From NCBI GenBank assembly GCA_003229305.1, contig QIDH01000055.1, forward strand, positions 3,240 to 67,239: a stretch of 64,000 nucleotides of DNA, written 5' to 3'. This stretch comes from Acidimicrobiia bacterium (GTDB lineage Bacteria > Actinomycetota > Acidimicrobiia > Spongiisociales > Spongiisociaceae). Both the position numbers and the translations under genes were made by a program. Every line of letters begins with the position of its first letter. Positions within the stretch are counted from its first letter, which is position 1. The notes under the pieces were generated by a model, which saw only the letters and a list, made by a program, of their open reading frames with translations, was not told where the DNA came from and made no database searches. Below are positions 35,901-43,924 of this stretch, piece after piece.

Positions 35901-36671
35901 TCAAAGCCCGGTGACGATGTGCAAGATTTCGTCGTGTCGCGTCCCGTTGGACGCGACCGCATTCCCGGACCCGTACTCGGCCTGGCCTGAGAAATCGGTG
36001 AACACCCCACCCGCCTCCTGGATGATGATGCTCACCGGTGCCACGTCCCAAACGAAAACTATTGGGTCGATCATGACCTCGATTCGACCGGTTGCCACCA
36101 AGAAGTAGCCGTATCCATCACCCCAAGTCCTGAGCCGCATCGGACTTGCATGCAAGCGGTCGAGCATATCTTTTGGCAGGTATCCGTATCCGCTTGCCGA
36201 CAGGACGAACTCGCTCAGTTCGGATCTGGTCGACACTTCGGTCTTGGTTCCGTTGTGGAAGCAGCCGAGGCCCCTGCCCGCGAATACGGTCTCACCCAAT
36301 GCCGGCAAGTGAATTGCCCCGGCAGCAACCCCATCCTGGTCCTCGACCGCAACCAGAGTGGAGTACAGGGGCACGCCTCTGACAAAGGCTTGCGTACCGT
36401 CGATTGGATCGATGATCCAGCGGCGCCTGCCAGAACCCTCGGTCGCGCCCTCCTCCTCGCCGACGATTCCGTCGCCTGGATATCGATCAGCGATCGCCTT
36501 TCTGATCGTCTGCTCGGCGGTTCGATCTGCGACGGTCACCGGTGTGCCGTCAGCCTTCACGACAACATCGAGGTCCGGGTTCTGAAACCATTCGAGCGTG
36601 GCATCGCCAGCGGTCCTGGCCATGGCCACGACGTCTTCCAGGAGTTGTTCTGCGGATGGATCCTTGGACAT
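35901..36671 (-). CDS. hisN: IMPase-family phosphatase, HisN-type histidinol-phosphatase likely
   Basis: ATG at 36671 (MSKDPSAEQLL...). Motifs: PVTVADR, GEEEG, WIIDPIDGT, WDVAP. The C-terminal NAVASNGTRHDEIL resembles actinobacterial HisN. Confidence 0.7.
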   Translation of the reverse strand: MSKDPSAEQLLEDVVAMARTAGDATLEWFQNPDLDVVVKADGTPVTVADRTAEQTIRKAIADRYPGDGIVGEEEGATEGSGRRRWIIDPIDGTQAFVRGVPLYSTLVAVEDQDGVAAGAIHLPALGETVFAGRGLGCFHNGTKTEVSTRSELSEFVLSASGYGYLPKDMLDRLHASPMRLRTWGDGYGYFLVATGRIEVMIDPIVFVWDVAPVSIIIQEAGGVFTDFSGQAEYGSGNAVASNGTRHDEILHIVTGL

Positions 36672-36934
36672 TTTGCAATCGTACCGACGGTCGATGTTGT
36701 CCTGTGCCTCATGCCTGCCAGGCGACCTTTTGAGAAAGTTTTTGTCGCGGTAAACCCGAATGGGTGTCAGGAGCGATATGTGGGTATGTAGTCGAGCAAT
36801 CCCCTTGCTCGGTGTTTGTGGGGGAATGGTTCGGTCCCCTGGCCGGAACCATTCAGGTCGAAATTCGTGCCGGCCGGCATTGCCTCTCGTCCGGTCGGCA
36901 CCATCGACCCACCTGACCCACGGAGGTTCCGCCT

Positions 36935-36984
36935 CCGAAACGCCGGTGTATTCCGTCCTCGGGCGGAGGACACCGGCGTTTCGG
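36935..36984 (+). terminator. Long hairpin CCGAAACGCCGGTGT-(20 nt)-ACACCGGCGTTTCGG followed by TTTTT on the + strand
   Basis: 15-bp perfect stem with a T5 tract only in the + orientation. It sits 37 nt downstream of the minus-strand cimA stop, so it could also act as a U-less terminator for cimA. Confidence 0.5.
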
Positions 36985-37020
36985 TTTTTCTCCTTCGTCG
37001 GAGAACGCAGCGCGGGCTGT

Positions 37021-38592
37021 CTATCTGCTTTCCGACCGGAGCAGGCCGACGACAATGCCATCGGCCAGCGCCTGCCATGACGCCTCGATGATGTTCTCGT
37101 GCACCCCGATGGTGCCCCAAGACCCGACATGGTCCGCTGTCTCGAGCAGCACACGCACTCTGGCTCCCGTCGATTCTCCAGAGTCGAGCACCCTGACTCG
37201 ATAGTCGATCAGTCTGAGGTCGGCCACTTGGGGGTACTCGATCTTCAACGCCGTTCGCAGCGCTTGATCGAGAGCATGGACCGGGCCGACGCCCTCTCCT
37301 GTGGTCACGACCCGAGTCCCGTCCACCAGCACCTTGACCGTAGCTTCCGCTACGACCTCTTCGTTCCTGCGTCGCTCGGTGTAGACCCTGAACGACTCGA
37401 GTTCGAAAAAGTCTTGCTCCCAGCCCCCTGCAGATCTGACCAGCAGTTCAAATGTGCCGTCCGCAGTCTCGAAGTGATGACCCCGGTGTTCGAGGTCTTT
37501 GATCTGTCCGATGATGACCTTGGCCTGGTCGTCGCTCAGGCTCAGGCCCAGCTCGGAGGCCTTCGATTGAACCGAGGCCTTTCCGGCCAATTCGGAAACG
37601 ACCATTCGGGTTTCGTTTCCCACCTCCTTGGGATCCTGGTGCTCATAGGCATCTCGACGTCTGGCCAATGCCGAGGTGTGGAGCCCAGCCTTGTGGGTGA
37701 ACGCAGACGTCCCGATATAGGGCCGATGGGGATCGAGGGAGATATTCACCACTTCGGCGATGTGGTGGGCGATCGGGGAGAGGCTGGCCAGCCGCTCCTC
37801 ACTGAGTACAGGGATGCCCATCTTCAGCACCAGGTCGGGCAAAATTGTCGAAAAGTCTGCGTTGCCGGTCCGCTCCCCGTATCCGTTGATGCAGCCCTGG
37901 ACCTGTTTGACGCCTAGTTCAACCGACGTGAGAGTCGAGGCTACAGCGCAACCGACATCGTTGTGGAAGTGCACCCCGATTTGCGCGTCGGGGAGAAAAT
38001 CTTGGACGGCTTGGACCGTTACCGCCACCTCTCCAGGAAGCTTGCCCCCGTTGGTATCGCAAAGAACGAGGCGCTCCGCTCCCGCTTCAAACGCGGCCTT
38101 CAGAACTCTGAGGGCGTAGGCCGGATTGGCGGTGAACCCGTCGAAGAAGTGCTCGGCGTCATAGAACACCTTCCGCCCCTTGCCCTGGAGATAGTCCACC
38201 GATTCGGCGACCATCGCCACGCCCTCGTCCAGGTCGACCCGCAGGGCCTCACGCACGTGGTAGTCCCATGCCTTGCCGACGATGCAGATGACCTCGGTCT
38301 CTGCGTCCAGCAATGCGCTGAGCTGTGCATCGTCTGCCACGTTTCCGTTTGGACGCCTTGTCGAACCGAAAGCCGTCAGGGTGGCATTCGAGAACGACAG
38401 CTCGGTTTTGGCACGCTCGAAAAACTCGTTGTCCTTCGGGTTGGCTCCCGGCCAACCGCCTTCGATGTAGCCGACTCCAAGATCGTCCAACAGTCTGGCA
38501 ACCCGTAGTTTGTCCCCGACCGTGAGGGAGATGCCCTCCTGCTGCGATCCGTCTCTCAATGTCGTGTCGTAGATCTCGAGTTCGGGTTTCAT
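37021..38592 (-). CDS. cimA: (R)-citramalate synthase / 2-isopropylmalate synthase family (CimA-type, 523 aa)
   Basis: ATG at 38592 preceded by GGAGAG. IYDTTLRDGSQQEGISLTVGDKLRVARLLDDLGVGYIEGGWPGANPKD is typical of the long CimA clade, and a C-terminal LeuA-dimer regulatory domain is present. Confidence 0.85.
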   Translation of the reverse strand: MKPELEIYDTTLRDGSQQEGISLTVGDKLRVARLLDDLGVGYIEGGWPGANPKDNEFFERAKTELSFSNATLTAFGSTRRPNGNVADDAQLSALLDAETEVICIVGKAWDYHVREALRVDLDEGVAMVAESVDYLQGKGRKVFYDAEHFFDGFTANPAYALRVLKAAFEAGAERLVLCDTNGGKLPGEVAVTVQAVQDFLPDAQIGVHFHNDVGCAVASTLTSVELGVKQVQGCINGYGERTGNADFSTILPDLVLKMGIPVLSEERLASLSPIAHHIAEVVNISLDPHRPYIGTSAFTHKAGLHTSALARRRDAYEHQDPKEVGNETRMVVSELAGKASVQSKASELGLSLSDDQAKVIIGQIKDLEHRGHHFETADGTFELLVRSAGGWEQDFFELESFRVYTERRRNEEVVAEATVKVLVDGTRVVTTGEGVGPVHALDQALRTALKIEYPQVADLRLIDYRVRVLDSGESTGARVRVLLETADHVGSWGTIGVHENIIEASWQALADGIVVGLLRSESR

Positions 38593-38619
38593 GTTCTCTC
38601 CGTGGCGGGGCTGGGCAGC

Positions 38620-38644
38620 AAAAAACCCCTTGCTGGGCAAGGGG
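38620..38644 (-). terminator. Intrinsic terminator inside the cimA leader (CCCCUUGC-CCA-GCAAGGGG-UUUUUU on the minus strand)
   Basis: 8-bp GC-rich stem plus a U6 tract, ending 27 nt upstream of the cimA ATG. Confidence 0.8.
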
Positions 38645-38675
38645 TTCGGGGCGCATACGGTTGTTGCGTATGCGC

Positions 38676-38711
38676 CTAGGTGATGATGACGATCATTTCG
38701 ACAACAGTCAT
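38676..38711 (-). CDS. Leader peptide MTVVEMIVIIT (11 aa) of the cimA attenuator
   Basis: ATG ACT GTT GTC GAA ATG ATC GTC ATC ATC ACC TAG read on the minus strand. 7 of 11 codons are Ile/Val. It lies between the promoter and the terminator. Confidence 0.7.
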   Translation of the reverse strand: MTVVEMIVIIT

Positions 38712-38720
38712 AGGGGTTCG

Positions 38721-38749
38721 AGTATGACCTGAGCCGCCTCGACCGTCAA
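38721..38749 (-). promoter_or_regulatory. Sigma-A type promoter TTGACG-17 nt-CATACT for the cimA leader transcript
   Basis: The -35 element is at 38749-38744 and the -10 element at 38726-38721. The -10 element ends 9 nt before the leader ATG, implying a nearly leaderless leader-peptide mRNA. Confidence 0.6.
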
Positions 38750-38813
38750 CATTTTCGCGCTCGCCGGCGATTATCAACGCCAGGCGGCCGTCCACTCGCT
38801 ACCGTCGTAGACC

Positions 38814-39887
38814 ATGTTCGCTCAATCTCTGGCAGGTGCCTGCGGCTCCGATCCCGGAATCATCTGTGAGTTGGTCTTCAACCTGACCGGTAGTGAGTCG
38901 GTCGCCTCGCTATCTGAGTCTCTGACCAAGCCTCTCAGGGTCGCGGTGATCCTCATAGTTGCCTGGGTTCTGGCGAGACTGGTCCGCAGGGCCATCCACC
39001 GGACGACGGAGAGTTGGGTCACAGGCCAAACGACCAGGTTGGAGGCGGCCAAGGCGACGCCACAAGAGGGTGGCCGAATCGAATCTGCCAGACGGCGGAT
39101 TTCGCAGACGGCCATCAAGGCGGAAAGAGGGCAGCAGCGGGCGAGGACGCTGAGCGACGTGCTGGAGTCGACCGCTTCGCTCGTCATCTATTCGATTGCT
39201 GGGATGATCGCCCTCTCAGAGTTCAATGTGAACCTTGGTCCCCTGATCGCCGGCGCAGGAATCGTCGGGGTGGCAGTCGGATTTGGGGCACAGAGTCTGG
39301 TCAAGGACTTTCTGTCTGGCATCTTCATGTTGCTGGAGGATCAGTACGGCATCGGAGACATCGTCGATGTGGGCGATGCTTCGGGTGTCGTCGAAGAGGT
39401 CAGGCTGAGGACCACTCAGATCCGCGATGTGGAGGGAACGCTCTGGCACATCCCCAACGGCGAAATTCGCAGGGTCGCCAACAAGTCCCAGGATTGGGCG
39501 AGGGCTGTGATGGACATCGAGGTCGCATACGACACCGACCTCCGCCACGCAATGGCGACCATCAAGGCTGTGGCGGTCGATGTCTGGAACGATCACCTCG
39601 AGAATGCGACGATCCTCGAAGAACCGGAGATATGGGGAGTCCAAGAGTTCGGGGCTTCTGCCATTGTCATTCGCCTGGTGGTCAAGGTAGAGCCGGCCGA
39701 ACAGTGGTCGACTGCCAGGGAGATTCGCAAGCGCCTCAAGTGGGCTTTCGACGAGGAAGGCATCGAAATCCCCTTTCCCCAGCAGACTGTTTGGTTGCAC
39801 AACGAGCCAGGGGAGACCGAATCAGGAGCTAAGCCACCTCCCGCCGAGAAGTTCCTGCCGAGGGGCGGCGTGGAAGGCGAGATGTAG
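38814..39887 (+). CDS. Mechanosensitive ion channel (MscS family)
   Basis: GFGAQSLVKDFLSGIFMLLEDQYGIGDIVDVGD... is the MscS TM3/beta-domain signature. 357 aa. Confidence 0.9.
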   Translation: MFAQSLAGACGSDPGIICELVFNLTGSESVASLSESLTKPLRVAVILIVAWVLARLVRRAIHRTTESWVTGQTTRLEAAKATPQEGGRIESARRRISQTAIKAERGQQRARTLSDVLESTASLVIYSIAGMIALSEFNVNLGPLIAGAGIVGVAVGFGAQSLVKDFLSGIFMLLEDQYGIGDIVDVGDASGVVEEVRLRTTQIRDVEGTLWHIPNGEIRRVANKSQDWARAVMDIEVAYDTDLRHAMATIKAVAVDVWNDHLENATILEEPEIWGVQEFGASAIVIRLVVKVEPAEQWSTAREIRKRLKWAFDEEGIEIPFPQQTVWLHNEPGETESGAKPPPAEKFLPRGGVEGEM

Positions 39888-39902
39888 TGACCCTGATGCG
39901 AC

Positions 39903-41708
39903 TCAGCGGTTTGCCTGAGCCCCTGACAGCGTGCGGTCGTCGAGTGGCTCGTCTGCCAACAGTCGAAATCTGAAGACAGTCCAGCCGTCGACCCGCATCG
40001 ACTCCACGTCGCCATTCATCAGTCTGGCGAGCTGACGGGAAACTGACAGACCGAGACCCACCGCTCCAGGGCCACGATCCGTCCCCCGCGTGAAATATGG
40101 CTCGAAGAGGCGAGCAGCTACCTGGCCAGTCACGGCCGGGCCGTTGTCTGCCACATCGATGGTGGCCGATTCCCCTTCGCTGTTCAGCCTCACTTCGATC
40201 AGCGAGCCTCCATATCGAAGGGCGTTCGAGATCAAGTTCCGAACTATCTGTCTTGCCCGCACAGGATCACAGAAAGCCTCCGTTTCCTGTCCAGAAACCG
40301 AAATCACACTTGAATCGGTCAGCGACTGTATCCGGGAAGATTTGATCACCGAGTCGATCAGAGGTCGCAGTTGGGTTTTGGTGTTGAGGATCGCCAATCC
40401 CCCGCTCTCGACGCGTGCGGAAGTCAAGAGATCTTCGACGATTTCGGTCATATCTCTGCCCTGCTCTGCGATCAACGCCAGATATTCGTGTTGTGGCGTT
40501 CGCGGGCCCTCGAGCATCGCCTCGGCGAATCCCAGAATTCCGGTCAGTGGCGTCCGCAGTTCATGGCTTACTGCTGCGATCAGAGAGTCCTTTGAGGCGA
40601 TATTCTCCTGAATCTGTTTGTGCTCGTTCTGTCGGTTCCAGAACAGACGTATCAGCTCCGCCATAGACTGGAGAGCGAGTTCGATGGCGTCGTCTATGAC
40701 GAAATCGGTCGAGCTGCTCGCAACGCCGATCGTGCCCTCCCATGCGCCTTCTAGGATGATCGGGGCCAGTAGTCCAGAGCCGAGGTTCCATTCCGCCGCT
40801 TGACTAATTTCGGGTCCTGACAGGGACCTTGCGTCGAACCTGTGAGTAAGTCCCTTGGCGAGGTCGTCGTGAGCCAGTTGGAACTTCCACCACCTCATCC
40901 CGTCCGGGGAGACGTATGGCGCCCCGATGGCATGCTCACGAATGGGAGTAGGCGGAGAAAATCCGGGCCGCGCTTTGCGGGTCAGAAAAATGGAGTCCGC
41001 GCCAGTTGCGTGCAATACATGGGAAAGAGCGCGCCCGGCCTCGTCTTCATTGATAGTTGTAAGGAAGTGCCGGCTGGCTGTATGCAGGGCAGTCTGCAAT
41101 CGAGCCCGCCTTGCGTTCGCCTCAGCCGCCTCTTGGTATTGGCGTATCAACCCGACCGTGAGCCAGGACATCAGGCCCAAGGCCACCGCGGGGATTCCGG
41201 CCCTGAGGACTACGTCCTGGGTCACGACCCCGTCTTGGACAGCGGACCAGGCCCCCCATGGCGCCATGAACGCGACGACTCCTGCGATCGTCCACGGCCA
41301 CTTGTCTCCTGCCTTGATGGCCAGAACCAGGCCGATCACGAACAAGACGATCAGTGTGATCACCGAGTCGCTCCCGCCCACCTGCATGCCTTTTAGGTTC
41401 TCCAGGACATTGAGGGTTATGACCGTCCCCGCCGTAGGGATCAGGAGCCATGTCGAGTTGGGTTTGGTGCGACAGAGTTGCCAGATCGTGATGGTCATCG
41501 TCAGGACGTATGGGATGCGGGGTTTCGTTATGAGCGAATCCCCTGTCGTCGCAGAGACCAATGCGTCCACGATGAAGACGATCGGGACCGTGAACAGCGA
41601 GGCCCTGAGAACGGCGCGATCTAGACGTTCGAGGATAGATCGGCTGACAGCCGAGGACGGATTGCTCACGACACCCCCTGAGAAGTTGACTACCCGCGCC
41701 TCGGTCAA
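39903..41708 (-). CDS. Orphan sensor histidine kinase (multi-TM N-terminus, GAF-like, HisKA, HATPase_c)
   Basis: H-box AAVSHELRTPLTGILGF, N-box IVRNLISNALRYG, G-boxes DNGPAV and GLGLSV. 601 aa. Confidence 0.9.
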   Translation of the reverse strand: MTEARVVNFSGGVVSNPSSAVSRSILERLDRAVLRASLFTVPIVFIVDALVSATTGDSLITKPRIPYVLTMTITIWQLCRTKPNSTWLLIPTAGTVITLNVLENLKGMQVGGSDSVITLIVLFVIGLVLAIKAGDKWPWTIAGVVAFMAPWGAWSAVQDGVVTQDVVLRAGIPAVALGLMSWLTVGLIRQYQEAAEANARRARLQTALHTASRHFLTTINEDEAGRALSHVLHATGADSIFLTRKARPGFSPPTPIREHAIGAPYVSPDGMRWWKFQLAHDDLAKGLTHRFDARSLSGPEISQAAEWNLGSGLLAPIILEGAWEGTIGVASSSTDFVIDDAIELALQSMAELIRLFWNRQNEHKQIQENIASKDSLIAAVSHELRTPLTGILGFAEAMLEGPRTPQHEYLALIAEQGRDMTEIVEDLLTSARVESGGLAILNTKTQLRPLIDSVIKSSRIQSLTDSSVISVSGQETEAFCDPVRARQIVRNLISNALRYGGSLIEVRLNSEGESATIDVADNGPAVTGQVAARLFEPYFTRGTDRGPGAVGLGLSVSRQLARLMNGDVESMRVDGWTVFRFRLLADEPLDDRTLSGAQANR

Positions 41709-41737
41709 GTATTTGGCTCACAGTATCGCCGCCCCGC

Positions 41738-41860
41738 ATGGATTGCGCGGTATCTGCGAGGTGTTGGCCACGGCCCGGCCAGTCACCTGTGATAGTCTCG
41801 CGAGCGATGATTGCGAGGGCTCGTTTGCCCGTCTCCTGGTGGCAAGCCCACTTTTCATAG
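41738..41860 (+). CDS. Candidate trpS leader peptide ending ...LPVSWWQAHFS* (40 aa from ATG 41738, or 17 aa from ATG 41807)
   Basis: Small ORF in the 229-nt trpS upstream region with tandem TGG TGG codons at 41837-41842, five codons before its stop. Confidence 0.55.
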   Translation: MDCAVSARCWPRPGQSPVIVSRAMIARARLPVSWWQAHFS

Positions 41861-41880
41861 CCGCGCGCCAACCTTGTCAG

Positions 41881-41905
41881 ACGCCGGCGCAAGTCGGCGT
41901 TTTTC
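41881..41905 (+). terminator. Intrinsic terminator in the trpS leader (ACGCCG-GCGCAAGU-CGGCGU-UUUUU)
   Basis: 6-bp GC stem plus a T5 tract, 33 nt upstream of the trpS ATG. An alternative outer pairing CAGACGC/GCGTCTG (41878-41912) overlaps it. Confidence 0.65.
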
Positions 41906-41937
41906 GCGTCTGCAACCGATTTCCTAGGAGACAGACC

Positions 41938-42915
41938 ATGACCGAAAACCGACTCTTCTCAGGCATCCAGCCAACGGGCGAGATCCACCTCGGCAACTAC
42001 ATCGGAGCGCTTCGCAACTGGGTCTCGATGCAGGAGGAGTATGAAGCCATCTACTGCGTCGTCGATCTGCACGCGTTGACGGCCCCCCAAGGACCTGCCG
42101 AGCTTCGGGAAGCGACCATCCGCACTGCCAAGGCGCTCCTGGCAGTCGGTATCGACCCGGATCGGTCGCTGCTCTACGTCCAGAGCCACGTCCCTCAACA
42201 TGCAGAGTTGGCCTGGATTCTCGGGACTCTTGCCTCGATGGGTCATCTGAGCCGGATGATCCAGTACAAAGAGAAATCTGAAAAGGGCGGCCAGAACCTA
42301 GGCCTGTTCGCCTACCCGGTGCTCCAGGCGGCCGACATCCTCATTCATCGTGTGCACGTCGTTCCGGTCGGAGATGATCAATCCCAGCACCTCGAATTGA
42401 CCCGCGAGTTGGCAGAGCGCTTCAACACTCGGTTCGGAGAGATTTTCCCCGTGCCGGCGACGATCACCCCGAAAATCGGGGCGAGAGTGATGTCTCTCAA
42501 GGATCCGACGGCCAAAATGTCGAAGTCGGATCCTGACCCCAAGAGCCGGATCGATATCACCGATTCGGCGGACCTGATACGAAAGAAGATCAGATCGGCG
42601 GTCACTGACTCCGGGATCGGAGTGCGATACGACACCGAAGACAAGCCGGGGATCTCGAATCTGTTGGACATCACGGCTGCGATGTCTGGACGAGCGATCG
42701 ATGAGCTTGTCGCCGAGTACGCCGACCTGCAGTACGGATCGTTCAAAGATGCCGTAGCTGACGCCGTCATAGACGGGCTGGAGCCGTTCCGTTCGGCGTA
42801 TTCTGCGATGACCGACGACTATGTGCGCGACGTAATGGCCTCGAGCGCAGAGCGGGCCATCGACTCCGCCGCCGCCAGTTTGGCTGGGATCCGCGAGGCA
42901 GTCGGCCTCAGCTGA
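41938..42915 (+). CDS. trpS: Tryptophan--tRNA ligase
   Basis: GIQPTGEIHLGNYIGA (HIGH-type) and KMSKS motifs. 325 aa. ATG preceded by AGGAGA. Confidence 0.95.
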   Translation: MTENRLFSGIQPTGEIHLGNYIGALRNWVSMQEEYEAIYCVVDLHALTAPQGPAELREATIRTAKALLAVGIDPDRSLLYVQSHVPQHAELAWILGTLASMGHLSRMIQYKEKSEKGGQNLGLFAYPVLQAADILIHRVHVVPVGDDQSQHLELTRELAERFNTRFGEIFPVPATITPKIGARVMSLKDPTAKMSKSDPDPKSRIDITDSADLIRKKIRSAVTDSGIGVRYDTEDKPGISNLLDITAAMSGRAIDELVAEYADLQYGSFKDAVADAVIDGLEPFRSAYSAMTDDYVRDVMASSAERAIDSAAASLAGIREAVGLS

Positions 42916-43720
42916 TCAGGTCCACTTCGGATGCAAAAAGAAGCGCCATCACCTGGATGAGGTTGAAACTGCTGTGGAGCAAGATCGGCGCAGACAGCGA
43001 TTTGGTCTTCAGTCTGACAAGGGCCAGGACCAACCCCACTCCGAACAGGACGATCAGGGGAGGGATGACGAGCCGGACCGCCTCTACAGCTCCGCCCTCG
43101 ACGGATGGGTTGAACCCGAGGAGGTGGGGGAGTGAAAAAGCGACCGAAGAGGCGACGACCGCCACAGTGGTGGAATTTCGCTGAAGGATCGTGTCGTACA
43201 GGAGGCCCCTGAACAGCAGCTCCTCGATGATCGGCCCGAATATCCCGATGCCTGCCACGATCGCGAACGCGGTGATACCTGCCCCCGATCCTGCCACCAT
43301 GTCCACGAGTGCCTGAGCGTTTTCGTCTCCCGCTCCGAACAACGGTTTCAGGACGAGAGTGAGGCCCGCGGACCCGGCCACGAGCGGTGCGCCGGCCAAG
43401 ACCCACGGCCAATCCCTTGGGTTCACTTCGAATGAGAAATCGCCGGCGAAGTTGCCGGTTCCATGTCGGTGACTGAGCCAACGCAGGACCAGGAAGTTGG
43501 CGAGGAGTTGGACCGGCAACAAGAACCAGAAGGTCCATTCGTTCGAGATCTCGACATTCACGCTCCCGGATTCGGCGTCGAGGCTCGCCCCGCCGACGAT
43601 GATGAGCACCAAGACTGACGCCACCAGACTGGCGCCGACGCCTGCCCCGAACACTGCAAGGCTGTGCCAATATCGCCACTCCGGCCTGGCAGCGCTGCCT
43701 TCGATATCTACCCGATCCAT
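42908..43720 (-). CDS. CPBP family intramembrane glutamic endopeptidase (CAAX protease/Abi-like)
   Basis: EELLFRGLLY motif 1 and FSLPHL / HSSFN motifs. Polytopic, 270 aa. Confidence 0.85.
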   Translation of the reverse strand: MDRVDIEGSAARPEWRYWHSLAVFGAGVGASLVASVLVLIIVGGASLDAESGSVNVEISNEWTFWFLLPVQLLANFLVLRWLSHRHGTGNFAGDFSFEVNPRDWPWVLAGAPLVAGSAGLTLVLKPLFGAGDENAQALVDMVAGSGAGITAFAIVAGIGIFGPIIEELLFRGLLYDTILQRNSTTVAVVASSVAFSLPHLLGFNPSVEGGAVEAVRLVIPPLIVLFGVGLVLALVRLKTKSLSAPILLHSSFNLIQVMALLFASEVDLIS

Positions 43721-43924
43721 AGACGCAGCAGAGTAGCGAGCCGGTTTCGGCCTGCGGTCGGAAGCCCGCCGGTTTCGGCCTGGCGGCCGAAACCCTAAGA
43801 GAGTTTGCGCCGTTCGCTGCGCCCACTAACCGCAAACTCTCGGGGTGTAGGCCGATCGACCGAGCTCGATCGCTGTGGCTGTGGCTGGTAGCGTTGCCAG
43901 GCGCTGGTTCTTCGGAGGGTTTGG

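Noticed and set aside
36672-37020. SRP RNA, RNase P RNA, tmRNA or a known riboswitch in the cimA-hisN spacer
   Set aside because: The hallmark motifs are not present: the SRP GGAAGCAGCC domain IV, the RNase P GAGGAAAGUCC, the tmRNA tag/acceptor, and the ZTP/TPP/SAM cores. It is kept only as an unclassified structured-RNA candidate.
35901-37154. 417-aa version of the IMPase ORF, and ORFs 36760-37080, 36767-37120 and 36816-37091
   Set aside because: Homology starts at the ATG at 36671. The upstream 160 codons and the three mutually overlapping ORFs occupy the hairpin-rich spacer and look non-coding.
40927-41937. 5' 337 codons of the 662-aa ORF that ends as trpS
   Set aside because: This part is antisense to the histidine kinase gene and has no TrpRS homology. 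TrpRS begins at the ATG at 41938, which has an SD. The upstream region instead holds the leader and terminator.
41709-41937. T-box riboswitch upstream of trpS
   Set aside because: CUGGUGGCAAGCCC superficially resembles the T-box GGUGGNACCGCG core. However, the conserved ACCGCG part, a specifier loop with AG bulge/GNRA elements, and stem I features are not evident. A tandem-Trp leader ORF plus terminator fits better.
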